Origin: Phycisphaera mikurensis
GTDB taxonomy: Bacteria; Planctomycetota; Phycisphaerae; WQYP01
Assembly: GCA_022730455.1 (NCBI GenBank)
Contig: DZDI01000001.1
Span: 4,829 to 68,828, forward strand
Length of the DNA: 64,000 nt
Reading direction: 5' to 3'
The position numbers and the translations under genes were made by a program. The notes beneath the pieces were generated by a model, which was not told where the DNA came from, did no database searches, and saw nothing but the letters and a program-made list of their open reading frames with translations. Positions 1 to 9,932 of this stretch are shown piece after piece (position 1 is the first letter of the stretch; each line of letters starts with the position of its first letter).

Positions 1-1
1 G

Positions 2-556
2 CCGATTTTAACTTCCGGCAGGTTGAGGAATTTATTTCGTGCCCGACAGTATCGTCCGCTGTTCATCATTGACGTGGCCGTGCCGCGCGACGTAGATGAG
101 GATGTTGGCAAACTGCCCAACACTTTCCTTTATAATGTGGACGATCTAAATCGCATATCCGCCAACACGCGGCTGCAGCGCGGCGGCGAGCTGGAAAAGA
201 GTCATGCAATTATCCAGCGTCACGTGGAGGAATTTAATGCGTGGCTTGGCGCCCGTAATTCCGGGCCAATCGTCAAAGCGCTATATCAGCAATGCCGTGA
301 TATCAGCGATCGTGAGTTGGCGGCAATGTTTGCCGAGCAACATGATTTAAGCGATGCGCAGCAGGAGGCTATAAAAAAATTCGCGCATCGCCTGGTGGGT
401 AAGATTCTGCATACGCCCGTGACGCAATTGGGCCAGCATTCCGTAGTTGATCGCCGGCTGCAGTTGGCTACGGCCGTGAAGGAATTGTTCCGCCTGACGG
501 ATGAGGCGGCCAAGGCGCCGGACAACCCGGAGCCCACCAACCGTGCTGATGCGTAG
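2..556 (+). CDS. hemA: Glutamyl-tRNA reductase, C-terminal part (gene starts left of window)
   Basis: ORF in frame from window edge; translation ...FIIDVAVPRDVDEDVGKLPNTFLYNVDDL... closely parallels the NADPH-binding and dimerisation C-terminus of E. coli HemA (VVDLAVPRDVEPEVGKL..YSVDDLQ), then ends at stop 554-556. Confidence 0.85.
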   Translation, partial: PILTSGRLRNLFRARQYRPLFIIDVAVPRDVDEDVGKLPNTFLYNVDDLNRISANTRLQRGGELEKSHAIIQRHVEEFNAWLGARNSGPIVKALYQQCRDISDRELAAMFAEQHDLSDAQQEAIKKFAHRLVGKILHTPVTQLGQHSVVDRRLQLATAVKELFRLTDEAAKAPDNPEPTNRADA

Positions 557-857
557 CGGTTGTCGATCAGGAACCGCTGGTTTTAGCACATGAGGGTGAA
601 ATTTCAGTCCATCCATCGGGCGGCATTGTCCGCAATGCTTTGACGCCGCCGCCCGAACCCGCATTTGCGGGTGAGAGCCGCCAACCTGCCATCGTGGTGA
701 AGAACGCCCGGTTTGTCACCGTCCGCGATAATCACATGGCCCATACCACGCGCTACGCCAATCCGGCGGTGGTCATTAAGTGACGACTTGCGCATAATGT
801 GGATGATATGGTGGCTGCAAGCGTTCCGCCGGATGGTAATGCACGGAGGATAAACGG

Positions 858-2711
858 ATGAAATGGCGACTGTTAGTCGGTTTGTTCGTAGCCACAATCC
901 TGACGGGGGCGGCAATGGCATCTGCGTGGCACCCCGCACCATGCCGATTAATGACTCGATGGGCACGCCAAGTGCGGCCCGACCGTGTTTGGACGCATTA
1001 TCCCCGGCCGCAGATGCGTCGGACTGTCTGGAAAAATCTCAATGGTTTGTGGCATTATTCCATCACGTCGCGCCACCAATCAGATGCGCCTAGACGCTGG
1101 GACGGTCAGATTCTTGTGCCGTTTTCCGTAGATTCGGCTCTCTCCGGCGTGGGTAAAGTCATGTTACCCAGTGATTGCATCTGGTACCACCGCCCGTTTT
1201 CCATTCCAGCGAGCTGGCATGGAAAACAGATTCTGCTGCACATTGAGGCCGCCAATTGGGAAACGTGGATATATGTCGATGGCCACCTCGCAGCGCGGCA
1301 CCGTGGGGGCTATTCACCCATTACGGTCAATATCACACGCGACTTGCGGACAGCGACACACCATCAACTTACCATTCGCGTCTGGGACCCGGCGGGCGAA
1401 CGCTTTGAACCTCGCGGAAAGCAGGTGTTACGTCCGTCGGGTATGTATTTCACCGAGTGCAGCGGCATCTGGGGCACGGTTTGGCTTGAACCCGTAGGCG
1501 CCGCGCACATTGCATCCTTGGTTATTGTGCCGCATCTGAGACGGAAATTATTCGCCCTTAAGGCCGTCACCGCCGGAGCCGGGGCGAAGGGGTTGACCAT
1601 CCGCGCCGTGCTCCTCGAAGGCAATAAAAAATTATCCATTCGTATGGGCCATCCCGGCCATTTCATCAATCTCGCCGTCGTACACCCGCATTTGTGGACC
1701 CCGCACTCCCCATTTCTCTACAACCTGGACGTAACGCTTTTGCACCAAGGTCACGTTGTTGACCGCGTGACAAGCTACGCAGGCATGCGTTCCATCACCA
1801 TCGGCCCCGGCGTTGGAGGACGCACTCAAATATTGCTCAATGGTAAACCTGTCTTTCAGCGCGGCCTTCTCTACCAAGGTTACTGGCCGGCCGGGCTTTA
1901 CACACCGCCGGGCGATCGTGCCATGGCGTGCGATATCAGCACAGCCAAACGCATGGGCTTTAATATGTTCCGTGTTCATCAAATTGTGGAACCACGGCGC
2001 TTTTATTATCTTGCGGACCGGCTGGGGTTATTAATCTGGCAGGATATGCCGGCGGCGTGGCCTCCGGGGAAGCGCGGTCTCACACACGCGCAAATCCGAA
2101 AGCGGATATTGGCCGGTGGTAACTGGGGTGCTATTGGCCCCATACCCGCGTATGAGCGGCGTGAATATCGCAGCGAACTTACTGCCATGATTAAGGAACT
2201 TCGCAACGATCCGTCCGTTGTCGTATGGACACCATTTAATGAAGGATGGGGTATCCATAATGTTCCCGGAATCGTTCATCTGATTCATCAGCTTGATCCC
2301 AGCCGCCTCATCGATGCCGACAGCGGTGTTAATGTCAATCCCATTTACAAAAACTATTACCAGATACCCGGCAACGTGGTGGATATCCACCATTATCCCG
2401 GGCCGCGCGCCATCGCCCCCTCTCGCACCCAAGCCGCATCGGCCGGAGAGTGCGGAGGTGTATGGTATCCCGTTGTGAAACATTATTGGCCGGATACCCC
2501 AATATCGCGGCCGCACAGTCGATCTGCTGCCCTCGCACGTTACCGCAAAGATTGGCGCGAGGCGTGGCAATTGCGGCAGCGCCTGGGTATTTCCGCCATT
2601 GTGTTTACTGAATTAATGGATCAGGAACAGGAGATCGGCGGCTTGCTGACCTACGACCGTGTACCGAAATTTTCCATCAGAACCATTCGGCACATCACGT
2701 TAAATCGGTAG
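858..2711 (+). CDS. Secreted glycoside hydrolase, family 2-like (clan GH-A)
   Basis: N-terminal signal peptide (MKWRLLVGLFVATILTGAAMASA); GH2 sugar-binding jelly-roll motifs (IWYHRPFSIPASWHGKQILLHIEAANWETWIYVDGHLAARHRGGYSPITVNIT); TIM-barrel region with RVHQIVEP..LADRLGLLIWQDMP and acid/base-like TPFNEGWG. Confidence 0.7.
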   Translation: MKWRLLVGLFVATILTGAAMASAWHPAPCRLMTRWARQVRPDRVWTHYPRPQMRRTVWKNLNGLWHYSITSRHQSDAPRRWDGQILVPFSVDSALSGVGKVMLPSDCIWYHRPFSIPASWHGKQILLHIEAANWETWIYVDGHLAARHRGGYSPITVNITRDLRTATHHQLTIRVWDPAGERFEPRGKQVLRPSGMYFTECSGIWGTVWLEPVGAAHIASLVIVPHLRRKLFALKAVTAGAGAKGLTIRAVLLEGNKKLSIRMGHPGHFINLAVVHPHLWTPHSPFLYNLDVTLLHQGHVVDRVTSYAGMRSITIGPGVGGRTQILLNGKPVFQRGLLYQGYWPAGLYTPPGDRAMACDISTAKRMGFNMFRVHQIVEPRRFYYLADRLGLLIWQDMPAAWPPGKRGLTHAQIRKRILAGGNWGAIGPIPAYERREYRSELTAMIKELRNDPSVVVWTPFNEGWGIHNVPGIVHLIHQLDPSRLIDADSGVNVNPIYKNYYQIPGNVVDIHHYPGPRAIAPSRTQAASAGECGGVWYPVVKHYWPDTPISRPHSRSAALARYRKDWREAWQLRQRLGISAIVFTELMDQEQEIGGLLTYDRVPKFSIRTIRHITLNR

Positions 2712-2797
2712 CACCTGACGCGGATCGTTCGGGCGCTGCCGCCACCATCGCACGCTCGGCGCGGCTCGCATCCACGCAAACGCCTCCGGCGGCAAAC

Positions 2798-3679
2798 TCA
2801 TCGTGCGGATCGTTTTAGGCGCTTAATCATCACGGTCCAACCGGCATTGCTCGGTGGCGGTGAAATATGAAATGAATGGTGCATGACTTTGTTGACGATG
2901 ATCTTGGAAAATACTGCTGTGGTGGGCGTACCGTCCGGATCAACCCGGCGGATTGAAATCGGCAATTGCAGTCGTGTGCTGATCACGAATGTCAACGAGT
3001 CAAAAGTAAAGGCCTTCGGGTTTTTCGGAATCAGTTTAATGGCAACGGTATGGCGGGGCTGATGCTTCATCTGCACGACCGTTATCTTGAATTCCCGCAG
3101 CACTGTCTCCGGCCTCTGACCAATGGGAATGGGTATCGGCCCCTCGCCCAGTTTAAGCGGATTAAAATGCGCACCCGGCGGGGCAACTTCTATCTTGCGG
3201 TAAATTTTGGCTGATCCATTGCGGTCGATGAGCCACCGTCCGTCAAAAATAATGTCATGATCGGCATGGTGCCGGGCAATGGCGCCATCCACCGCCAATA
3301 TGCTGAAGTGGATGTCAAAACGCGTTCGGCCATTTTTGGTACGCTGGTACCAAATGCGCCCCATATTGATATCCGTCTCACCCGACCGCAAATGATTCAC
3401 CGTGACCCGCACGTCCGCCTTGAAATTATGGAGGGTCTTACCGCGGTGGTACAGCATGGTCAGCAGACGCATCACTTGCGGGCTTACCGGCGCGGCCACC
3501 TTTTGTGCCATCGCGGGGCGGTGTGTCGTCACCGCCTGTACCGTCAATCCCGGGGTTGCGGCCATCGCAGCCAACGCCGCCACACTTGCTGCCGCCACGC
3601 GCATAGGGTTCAAGCCTTGCCAGCGGTGCCAGCCAGATATGGCGAATATCCAAGCTTTACTCACAAAGGTCTGAATCAT
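2798..3679 (-). CDS. Secreted hypothetical protein, possibly LolA-like lipoprotein-carrier fold (real start may be the internal M at 3604)
   Basis: 293-aa ORF with internal signal-peptide-like segment MRVAAASVAALAAMAATPGLTVQA; start codon overlaps the stop of the upstream HAD gene (ATGA coupling); no diagnostic catalytic motif. Confidence 0.4.
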   Translation of the reverse strand: MIQTFVSKAWIFAISGWHRWQGLNPMRVAAASVAALAAMAATPGLTVQAVTTHRPAMAQKVAAPVSPQVMRLLTMLYHRGKTLHNFKADVRVTVNHLRSGETDINMGRIWYQRTKNGRTRFDIHFSILAVDGAIARHHADHDIIFDGRWLIDRNGSAKIYRKIEVAPPGAHFNPLKLGEGPIPIPIGQRPETVLREFKITVVQMKHQPRHTVAIKLIPKNPKAFTFDSLTFVISTRLQLPISIRRVDPDGTPTTAVFSKIIVNKVMHHSFHISPPPSNAGWTVMIKRLKRSAR

Positions 3680-4305
3680 GATGCCCTCTTCACACGGACC
3701 GCATAACGGTCAGGTTCTTCCGCCAACGCCACCATATCTTCCAGCGACTGAATATGAAAATCCGCATCGGCGGCAAAATGAGGCGGTGGTGTGCCGGGTT
3801 CAAGCAGTAAAACGCAGCGCACGCCCGCCGCCTGCGCTGCTTGAATATCAAAAATATAATCCCCCACCATTAACACCCGGTGAAGTTCAACGCCTAGCCG
3901 CCGTGTAATCCGCCAAATGCTCTCCGGGTGTGGCTTCATCGGCAGATCATCGCGACTGGCGATATGGTCAAAATCCAGTGAATGGCGGCCCAGGATGGTT
4001 TCCACACTGCGGCGGCTGTTCCGCGACAGCAGTGCCGTGCGGATACCCAGCGACTGCAGGCGGTACAACGCTGGTTTGGCGCCAGCACGCAACTCCGAAG
4101 CCAGCGCCCCCTCATGTTCAAACTGATGCAGCGCGTCCCAGGCGGCGGCTTGCTTTTCGGGCGGCAATTCTGCGATCCACTCCAATACCGGCTCGCGCAG
4201 CTCAATGCCCAGCCGCTGGCGCAAGTCCTGAAAATTTAGTGCGTCAATGGTGAGGGTGCCATCCATATCAAAAATAATCAGGTCAAAATGACGTGGTCCA
4301 TTCAT
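3676..4305 (-). CDS. HAD-superfamily hydrolase (subfamily IA-like phosphatase)
   Basis: Motif I FDMDGTL close to the N-terminus (start chosen at MNGPRHFDLIIFDMDGTL), motif II/III residues (LLSRN.., MVGDYIFDIQAA) typical of haloacid dehalogenase-like phosphatases; listed ORF extends to 4371 but the canonical start is 4305. Confidence 0.7.
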   Translation of the reverse strand: MNGPRHFDLIIFDMDGTLTIDALNFQDLRQRLGIELREPVLEWIAELPPEKQAAAWDALHQFEHEGALASELRAGAKPALYRLQSLGIRTALLSRNSRRSVETILGRHSLDFDHIASRDDLPMKPHPESIWRITRRLGVELHRVLMVGDYIFDIQAAQAAGVRCVLLLEPGTPPPHFAADADFHIQSLEDMVALAEEPDRYAVRVKRAS

Positions 4306-4670
4306 ACTTCCGATTATAGTCCCAACCCCGTTTTCTTTGATGGTCAACCGCGCAATGATTGAGATATCCACATCGCGGCGATATCCTCGCTGTCAATCCT
4401 AATTTGTAGGTGTGACAGAGCACTGTCGCCTGCTGGTAAATAAATGGCTTGCATATCCGAGCACGGCTAATTACCATCTCTTGGTATGTTCGTGAGGCCA
4501 TCGGCCGCAGTGTTGCCGTCGTTTCACAATCGCTTCACTGAACTTATTGTGGTGTCGAGGTCTTTCATGGAGGAATCGCCTTGGCTCAGGCCAGTAACCA
4601 TCCCCGACTTCCGATGATTCCGTGGGGCGACGTGCGCCGCCGCCCGGAGGATCGAGGTTCCAACAGTGTC

Positions 4671-5072
4671 ATGGAGATACACTGTCCACTCTGTGGGCAG
4701 GTGCTTAAGGTACCATCCCGGGCCATTAACACACGATGCACCCATTGCCATAAACATCTTTATCTTGAAAATATCGTCATCGCCGACCTTTCGGGCCGGA
4801 CACGCATCAACACATGCGGCGATGTGGTGATCGAGGCTAATGGACGCTTTTCGGGTGAATTGCAGGCCAACTCGGTGCATGTGTCAGGACGAATGATTGG
4901 TTCCATGGTGGCTACGCAACGTGTAACGATTACACGCACCGGTAAATTTGCCGGTGTCATCGCCACCCGCGAACTGCAAATCGCCCCGGATGCGATCTTC
5001 CAAGGGGAGGCATTTGTACTTCACGAGGACGAATCCGTTACCCACGTGCAAGGCGATCCCATCGGGGCTTGA
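4671..5072 (+). CDS. Zinc-ribbon + bactofilin-like (polymer-forming cytoskeletal, DUF583-type beta-helix) protein
   Basis: CPLCGQ..CTHCHKH Cys4 ribbon followed by repetitive beta-helical segments (VVIEANGRFSGELQANSVHVSGRMIGSMVATQRVTITRTGKFAGVIATRELQIAPDAIFQGEAFVL) characteristic of the bactofilin/CcmA fold; ORF opens at 4581, likely start MEIHC at 4671. Confidence 0.5.
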   Translation: MEIHCPLCGQVLKVPSRAINTRCTHCHKHLYLENIVIADLSGRTRINTCGDVVIEANGRFSGELQANSVHVSGRMIGSMVATQRVTITRTGKFAGVIATRELQIAPDAIFQGEAFVLHEDESVTHVQGDPIGA

Positions 5073-5177
5073 AGTGGTTGTCCAAGATGACAGACCGCAT
5101 TTTAGCCCGCGCCTGCGGTTGGATATGAGGTTCCACCACGCAGTTGTTGATTGGGCAACCGCCACGAAGTGCCTGTT

Positions 5178-5492
5178 TTAATCGGTAATGTCGGCAAGAC
5201 GGCTGACACTTGTGACGTGGGACCTGTGAATCAGAACCCGGGCACGATTCGGACGGACTCCCAAATCCCGGGTTTGTAAAAGGTAAAAATCCTTGGTGCT
5301 GCGGCTATCGTTCATGTCGTGCACGTCGGCTTCGCAAAGCTCCAAAACGTGCGGGGTTATCCGCAACAGCTTCCCAACATAAATAAGGGGGCTGGCCGTA
5401 TCAAGCACCACAATTTCGCCGGATAATTCTTCTATCGGGTCGATTTTGGCCGATAAACCAAGATAGGATGACTCTGATGCTTGTTCATTCAT
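5178..5492 (-). CDS. Hypothetical small protein (104 aa)
   Basis: Intact ORF in an otherwise non-coding interval between two + strand genes; no recognisable motif. Confidence 0.3.
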   Translation of the reverse strand: MNEQASESSYLGLSAKIDPIEELSGEIVVLDTASPLIYVGKLLRITPHVLELCEADVHDMNDSRSTKDFYLLQTRDLGVRPNRARVLIHRSHVTSVSRLADITD

Positions 5493-5626
5493 TGATCGGT
5501 TCCTTGAGACTCACGCTGCGCAGGATTATAGTGCCATCTGTAGGGATCAGGGAGGCTTCAATACGTCGGGCTACCGATGTGCAATAATGTCAGGGCGGTC
5601 TCGGACTGCTGTTTAGGGGTAGAATT

Positions 5627-6679
5627 ATGGATCGATTGGTAGGCGGAAACAGACGGCCGGTGGCTATCAAAATGCTCATGCTTGGGTTTACCGTGGCGAT
5701 GGCTGCAGAAGTGATGTGGCCCGCAGCGGCTTCTGCGATGACCGTCGACCAGCACATCAGGATGCTGCAATCCGAGATTAGGCCGGGGCAAGCGGTGGGG
5801 CATGTAGCGCTGGCGCAATATCTTTACGACCATTACATGTATTCGCGGGCGTTGACCCAGGTCGATGCGGCACTGTCCATCAATCCCAACAATCAGAATG
5901 CCATTCTCCTCAAATCGCTGATAGCCGCGAAGATCAAAAATGGTGGTGAGGTGGGAAAAACGCAGGCAAAAAATCATTCAGGCAAGACGACCGGCGGCTT
6001 GTTGACCCCGGAAGATATCAACCGCATCCGGCTTGTGGAATGGTCCGTTTCAGAACAACATCCTATGCGCGGCGTGATTCTCAAGCGGATCAAAACCCTC
6101 CACGCATTCTGGAAGCAATGGATAGCGCCCAATCCGCTTTACCAGTCCCTGAATTTAACCGAAGTCAATTACAAGAATTTTTTGCGGCTGAATAATTTTG
6201 CCCGTCAGGCGTCGCTGATTATGCGCATCGGTGATCCAAAATTTACCAAAATGATCGTTGTGCGAAATAACCCGGACGCCATTCGGCTCTTTCGTACTAC
6301 CATTCAACCGTTTGTCCTGCAAAGCTGCAGCACCGTGGGTTGCCATCGTGGTCAGGACTTTCACGGGTTTAAATTGTTTGGTGCGAGGACTACCCCGAGC
6401 ATGGCGCAGACCTATACCAATTTTTATATCCTGTCAAAATATTCATATCGTGGCCGAAAACTTATTGACCGGCCCAATCCGTACAATTCATTACTGATTC
6501 AATATTTGATGCCGCACAAGATTGCTGCAGTGGTGCATCCCGGTAAAAAGCCTCTGATCTATCGCAGTTTTAATGAAAAATCGCTGCTATCGTGGATATC
6601 GTCCCTGGCATTTCCAACGCCATCCTATGGAATCAAGTACAAAATGCCGGTATCCAAACATACGCGTCAATCGCATTAG
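5627..6679 (+). CDS. Secreted hypothetical protein (350 aa)
   Basis: N-terminal hydrophobic signal-like region (VAIKMLMLGFTVAMAAEVMWPAAASA); Cys-containing segment CSTVGCHRGQDFHGF; no family assignable from sequence. Confidence 0.45.
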   Translation: MDRLVGGNRRPVAIKMLMLGFTVAMAAEVMWPAAASAMTVDQHIRMLQSEIRPGQAVGHVALAQYLYDHYMYSRALTQVDAALSINPNNQNAILLKSLIAAKIKNGGEVGKTQAKNHSGKTTGGLLTPEDINRIRLVEWSVSEQHPMRGVILKRIKTLHAFWKQWIAPNPLYQSLNLTEVNYKNFLRLNNFARQASLIMRIGDPKFTKMIVVRNNPDAIRLFRTTIQPFVLQSCSTVGCHRGQDFHGFKLFGARTTPSMAQTYTNFYILSKYSYRGRKLIDRPNPYNSLLIQYLMPHKIAAVVHPGKKPLIYRSFNEKSLLSWISSLAFPTPSYGIKYKMPVSKHTRQSH

Positions 6680-6912
6680 CGGTCCGCCCGCGGGCAGGCG
6701 ATGGCATCAGGCGTGCGCGATCGGTCTTTCAAGCCGTTGAACAGTTAACTCCGGATTTGTTATGCGGCGCTGCGTGCCGGTCGGCGAATTGCGGCGTTTG
6801 TCCCGCTGATACGCGCGTTCCGTTCGCGGGCTGTGCGTTATCTGGCACATACGCACATCTGGTGCACAGACCGGCTGATCCCGGTGGCGGTCCCGGCGGG
6901 AATTGACTGATT

Positions 6913-9756
6913 TCAGTGGCGCGCGGCATCAAGTTCCACAAGGCGATTGGTCCTGGGATTCCATCGCGCGAATACTTTGTCGCCAGTGTTAAAGGGTAAG
7001 GGACCAACCTTAAACCAGCTCTGATCGGGCCATACCTTTCCGACAGGGTCCCGCACATACGCTGGCTCACCCAGTGGCCTTGACGGCTGGCCTTCCAGTG
7101 TGACCAGCGGCAAAGTGTAAGGCGTTATGGGTGTCAAGTGAACGATAGACGCAGTTGCGGTGCCTCTACGAGCCAGAATATGTGTAGCCGAAGAATCCTG
7201 AATAATTAGTGTAAGGTCATCACCGGGCAGAATGTCGGCCAGCGAAGCGTCTCCTTCGGATTGGCCATTTTCCTCGATGGTGATCGGAGCCCGGAGGCCA
7301 ACCGGTATCGCTACTCCAGTGACTCCCAGATCGTATGGGTCAAGATAGAGTTGTTCGGCTGACACGCCACGGCACTCTCCAGTCTGTGTCCGGTTCTCTG
7401 GCTTCGGCAGCCACTCTTGAGATGGAGGGATTGCCGAATCTGTATGCCGGTGCAAGATTATTCGCGCAAGATTGTAGCATGTTCGGAACGAACCGGATGT
7501 AAACAGGCGCTTCGCCATATCCAATTGACGTCTCTCTTCCTCGCTGATAGCGTTGGGGTGAATCGATTCAACCAAAGTGAGGCTCCAAGCAGCGTCGGCA
7601 CGCCATCCCACGATGCTGGCTTCCGCCCTTAAACGGTCACCGCTGTAACTGCGATTGGAAGCTACGAGGGCTTCAAGATTTCCCGGCCATTCCTGTTCCA
7701 ACGCGACGCCGAACAGGGATACCCAGTCCGGCCAGCCGGAAGGGTGAAAATCAAATGCCACCCACATTTTACCGGAATTTTCAGCCATATCTCCTAGATC
7801 CAGTTGACGCGTGGCAATTCCGCTGTTAGACATCTGATCGACTTTTCGGAGATTTCCCCGACTGGTACCGGCGTACACGGTCAGATGACTGCTGGTGCTA
7901 TTCTGGCGAAAAACAAAAGCTCGCGCGGTATAAGAAAGAAGTATTTTGCCGAAAGTGTCCTTGCCCGTGAGATTGCGGCTTTCAAAACACATCAACAGAC
8001 GAGTGGACGTGTTTAACCGTGTGGAGAATAAATGTTTGCCGCCTTGGGGCCAGTCCTTCAGCACCAGTCCAGGCCCGGTTCTGAATGACACCGCATGTGC
8101 ATGGTGGTTGCGGCTGGTATTCCGAAAATCAAGACGAAAAATTGCCGGTCGCCAGATTTGGGGCCGAAATGCACCCCATCCGGATTTTAGCGAAGGAGCT
8201 ACGTGCTCCAGTTGTGATTCCGACGCGTTGAACAGCGTCAGATAGCTGCAGCCGCTGGCATACGCAGCGTGAACATCGCTCACGACGCTCGATGCCGGGC
8301 TTCCGCCGCATTCCCTATTGACACCAGCGGGAAGGCCGATTTCGCGGAATTGCTCCAGCAGTGCCATATCGCGGAAGATGTCCGCCCATTCGCCACCGAA
8401 TCGGCCATATTTCAGCACGCCAACTTTGGCCGCATCCATAAAGTTTTCAAATAAACCTGCAACGAGATTTATGAATGTATGTGTGTAGACTCGATCCACA
8501 AGTTGTGATCGCCCAAGCCCCTTGCGTATGGCCATGTTCATCCGACTGTTGTAGTACAACAGACTCTGCCGGAGGAAGCGCTTTGCTGCATGGCTTTCTC
8601 CTTGATCCGGATCTAGGTTCACGCCGACCGCCTTCGCCGCTGCCACCATGCTGGGATTAAAGTCCGCCTCGAGACCGGCTGGTGTTCTAGGATTGCCGGC
8701 GACCCAGTACGTTACCTCGTTATCTAATACAACGCTGAATATGCGATTGGCGTCAGCTTGAGGTAATTGCTGGAGCATGGCACCAAACTGCCAAAAGGCC
8801 CCCGATTTGAAGGCATTAAGCCGTTCGTTACGCACCGTAAGCCAAGGCGTGTTACTCCATATATTAGGCACCGAGAGTCCGTACAGCCTCTCTTTCGGCC
8901 AATAAGTCACCTGCTGATAAACAGGGTCGTGCCAACGCCCGCCCACGCCGTCAAATCCACCCGGCGTACCACCCCACCATGTAATGGCCTGTATCTCCAA
9001 TGGCATATCAAAGCGCTTCGACATCGCAATCGCCTGCTTCAGGTACGCAAGCTGACGAGCAGGCAGCCAATCGGCCACAGCCAATGTCGGGACACAATAG
9101 CCAAGCGTCAGATCCGCGAGCTTGGGGAAAAGATTTCTAATACTTGTAAATGTCTCCACGTCCAGATTCTCCATAGTTGGAGCTAAGATCATGGGCTGCA
9201 CCAGTTCTCTGCTCTTGGCAAATACTCCAATTTCCGAATATAAAATAACTTCGGAAAAATGGATTGGCTCCTCACACTTGTTGATAAGCGTTATGTACAA
9301 TTCGGTCGGGTTGGCCAACTTATCAGGGATATCAATAAAGGCAGTGGTGGGGCCGGCGCCATAAAATTGCCGGTTACGAAACGCAATGGCACGTCCATTG
9401 ACTTCCACCACGTAGGCGACACGGCCATCGCTCTGGGGCCGAAATTCCCGCAGCACTAGCGTCAGGGCCTTGGTAATACCACGGGTATTGAGCCGAAAGG
9501 CCAGCCCCACTCCGTCCATCGCAATACCGGGGCCGCGCATAGGAATCACGCGTTCGCCCATTTTCCAGCGGTAGTCATTGATGGGTGTTCCGCCGGTGAT
9601 ATGGCAGGATGGCCAATTACGATGGTCGCCCAAGTCAATTCGATCAACGATACCGGGCACCAGCATTGCCGGGGTATTCTCTTTTTCAGAACACCCTGCG
9701 GTGCCTTGCAGTACGGCTGCCACTGCGGTGGCCAGAAGGAAACGTCGGCGGCTCAT
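6913..9756 (-). CDS. Large secreted/lipoprotein-like hypothetical protein (947 aa), possible carbohydrate-active protein
   Basis: Long ORF (listed 6913..10017); start trimmed to MSRRRFLLATAVAAVLQGTAGCSEK (Tat/lipoprotein-like signal with Cys); sits between GH2 and GH92 genes; Trp/Gly-rich segments (WWGGTPGGFDGVGGRWHDP) but no family-diagnostic motif recognised. Confidence 0.5.
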   Translation of the reverse strand: MSRRRFLLATAVAAVLQGTAGCSEKENTPAMLVPGIVDRIDLGDHRNWPSCHITGGTPINDYRWKMGERVIPMRGPGIAMDGVGLAFRLNTRGITKALTLVLREFRPQSDGRVAYVVEVNGRAIAFRNRQFYGAGPTTAFIDIPDKLANPTELYITLINKCEEPIHFSEVILYSEIGVFAKSRELVQPMILAPTMENLDVETFTSIRNLFPKLADLTLGYCVPTLAVADWLPARQLAYLKQAIAMSKRFDMPLEIQAITWWGGTPGGFDGVGGRWHDPVYQQVTYWPKERLYGLSVPNIWSNTPWLTVRNERLNAFKSGAFWQFGAMLQQLPQADANRIFSVVLDNEVTYWVAGNPRTPAGLEADFNPSMVAAAKAVGVNLDPDQGESHAAKRFLRQSLLYYNSRMNMAIRKGLGRSQLVDRVYTHTFINLVAGLFENFMDAAKVGVLKYGRFGGEWADIFRDMALLEQFREIGLPAGVNRECGGSPASSVVSDVHAAYASGCSYLTLFNASESQLEHVAPSLKSGWGAFRPQIWRPAIFRLDFRNTSRNHHAHAVSFRTGPGLVLKDWPQGGKHLFSTRLNTSTRLLMCFESRNLTGKDTFGKILLSYTARAFVFRQNSTSSHLTVYAGTSRGNLRKVDQMSNSGIATRQLDLGDMAENSGKMWVAFDFHPSGWPDWVSLFGVALEQEWPGNLEALVASNRSYSGDRLRAEASIVGWRADAAWSLTLVESIHPNAISEEERRQLDMAKRLFTSGSFRTCYNLARIILHRHTDSAIPPSQEWLPKPENRTQTGECRGVSAEQLYLDPYDLGVTGVAIPVGLRAPITIEENGQSEGDASLADILPGDDLTLIIQDSSATHILARRGTATASIVHLTPITPYTLPLVTLEGQPSRPLGEPAYVRDPVGKVWPDQSWFKVGPLPFNTGDKVFARWNPRTNRLVELDAARH

Positions 9757-9932
9757 TCTGAGGTGCTGCGCAATTCGCCCATTCATAGCTGCTGGCATCA
9801 CCTCCGATGGTGTCGGCCTAGACCGCATATATACTTCCAGTTTGTTTGCAGACATGCGTGTCGACTCCACTGGCAAAAATCTACGTGAGTAATTGCATGT
9901 GTTCAGAGACGCCCATTCTGGCGTGCCGGTCG

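Noticed and set aside
646-680. Hairpin CCCGCatttGCGGG about 100 bp after hemA stop
   Set aside because: No downstream U-tract; could be a structural element but not supportable as terminator
604-966. 120-aa minus-strand ORF overlapping the GH2 start
   Set aside because: Lies antisense across the hemA-GH2 intergenic region and GH2 signal peptide, Arg/Pro-rich composition typical of spurious antisense ORFs in GC-rich DNA; no motifs
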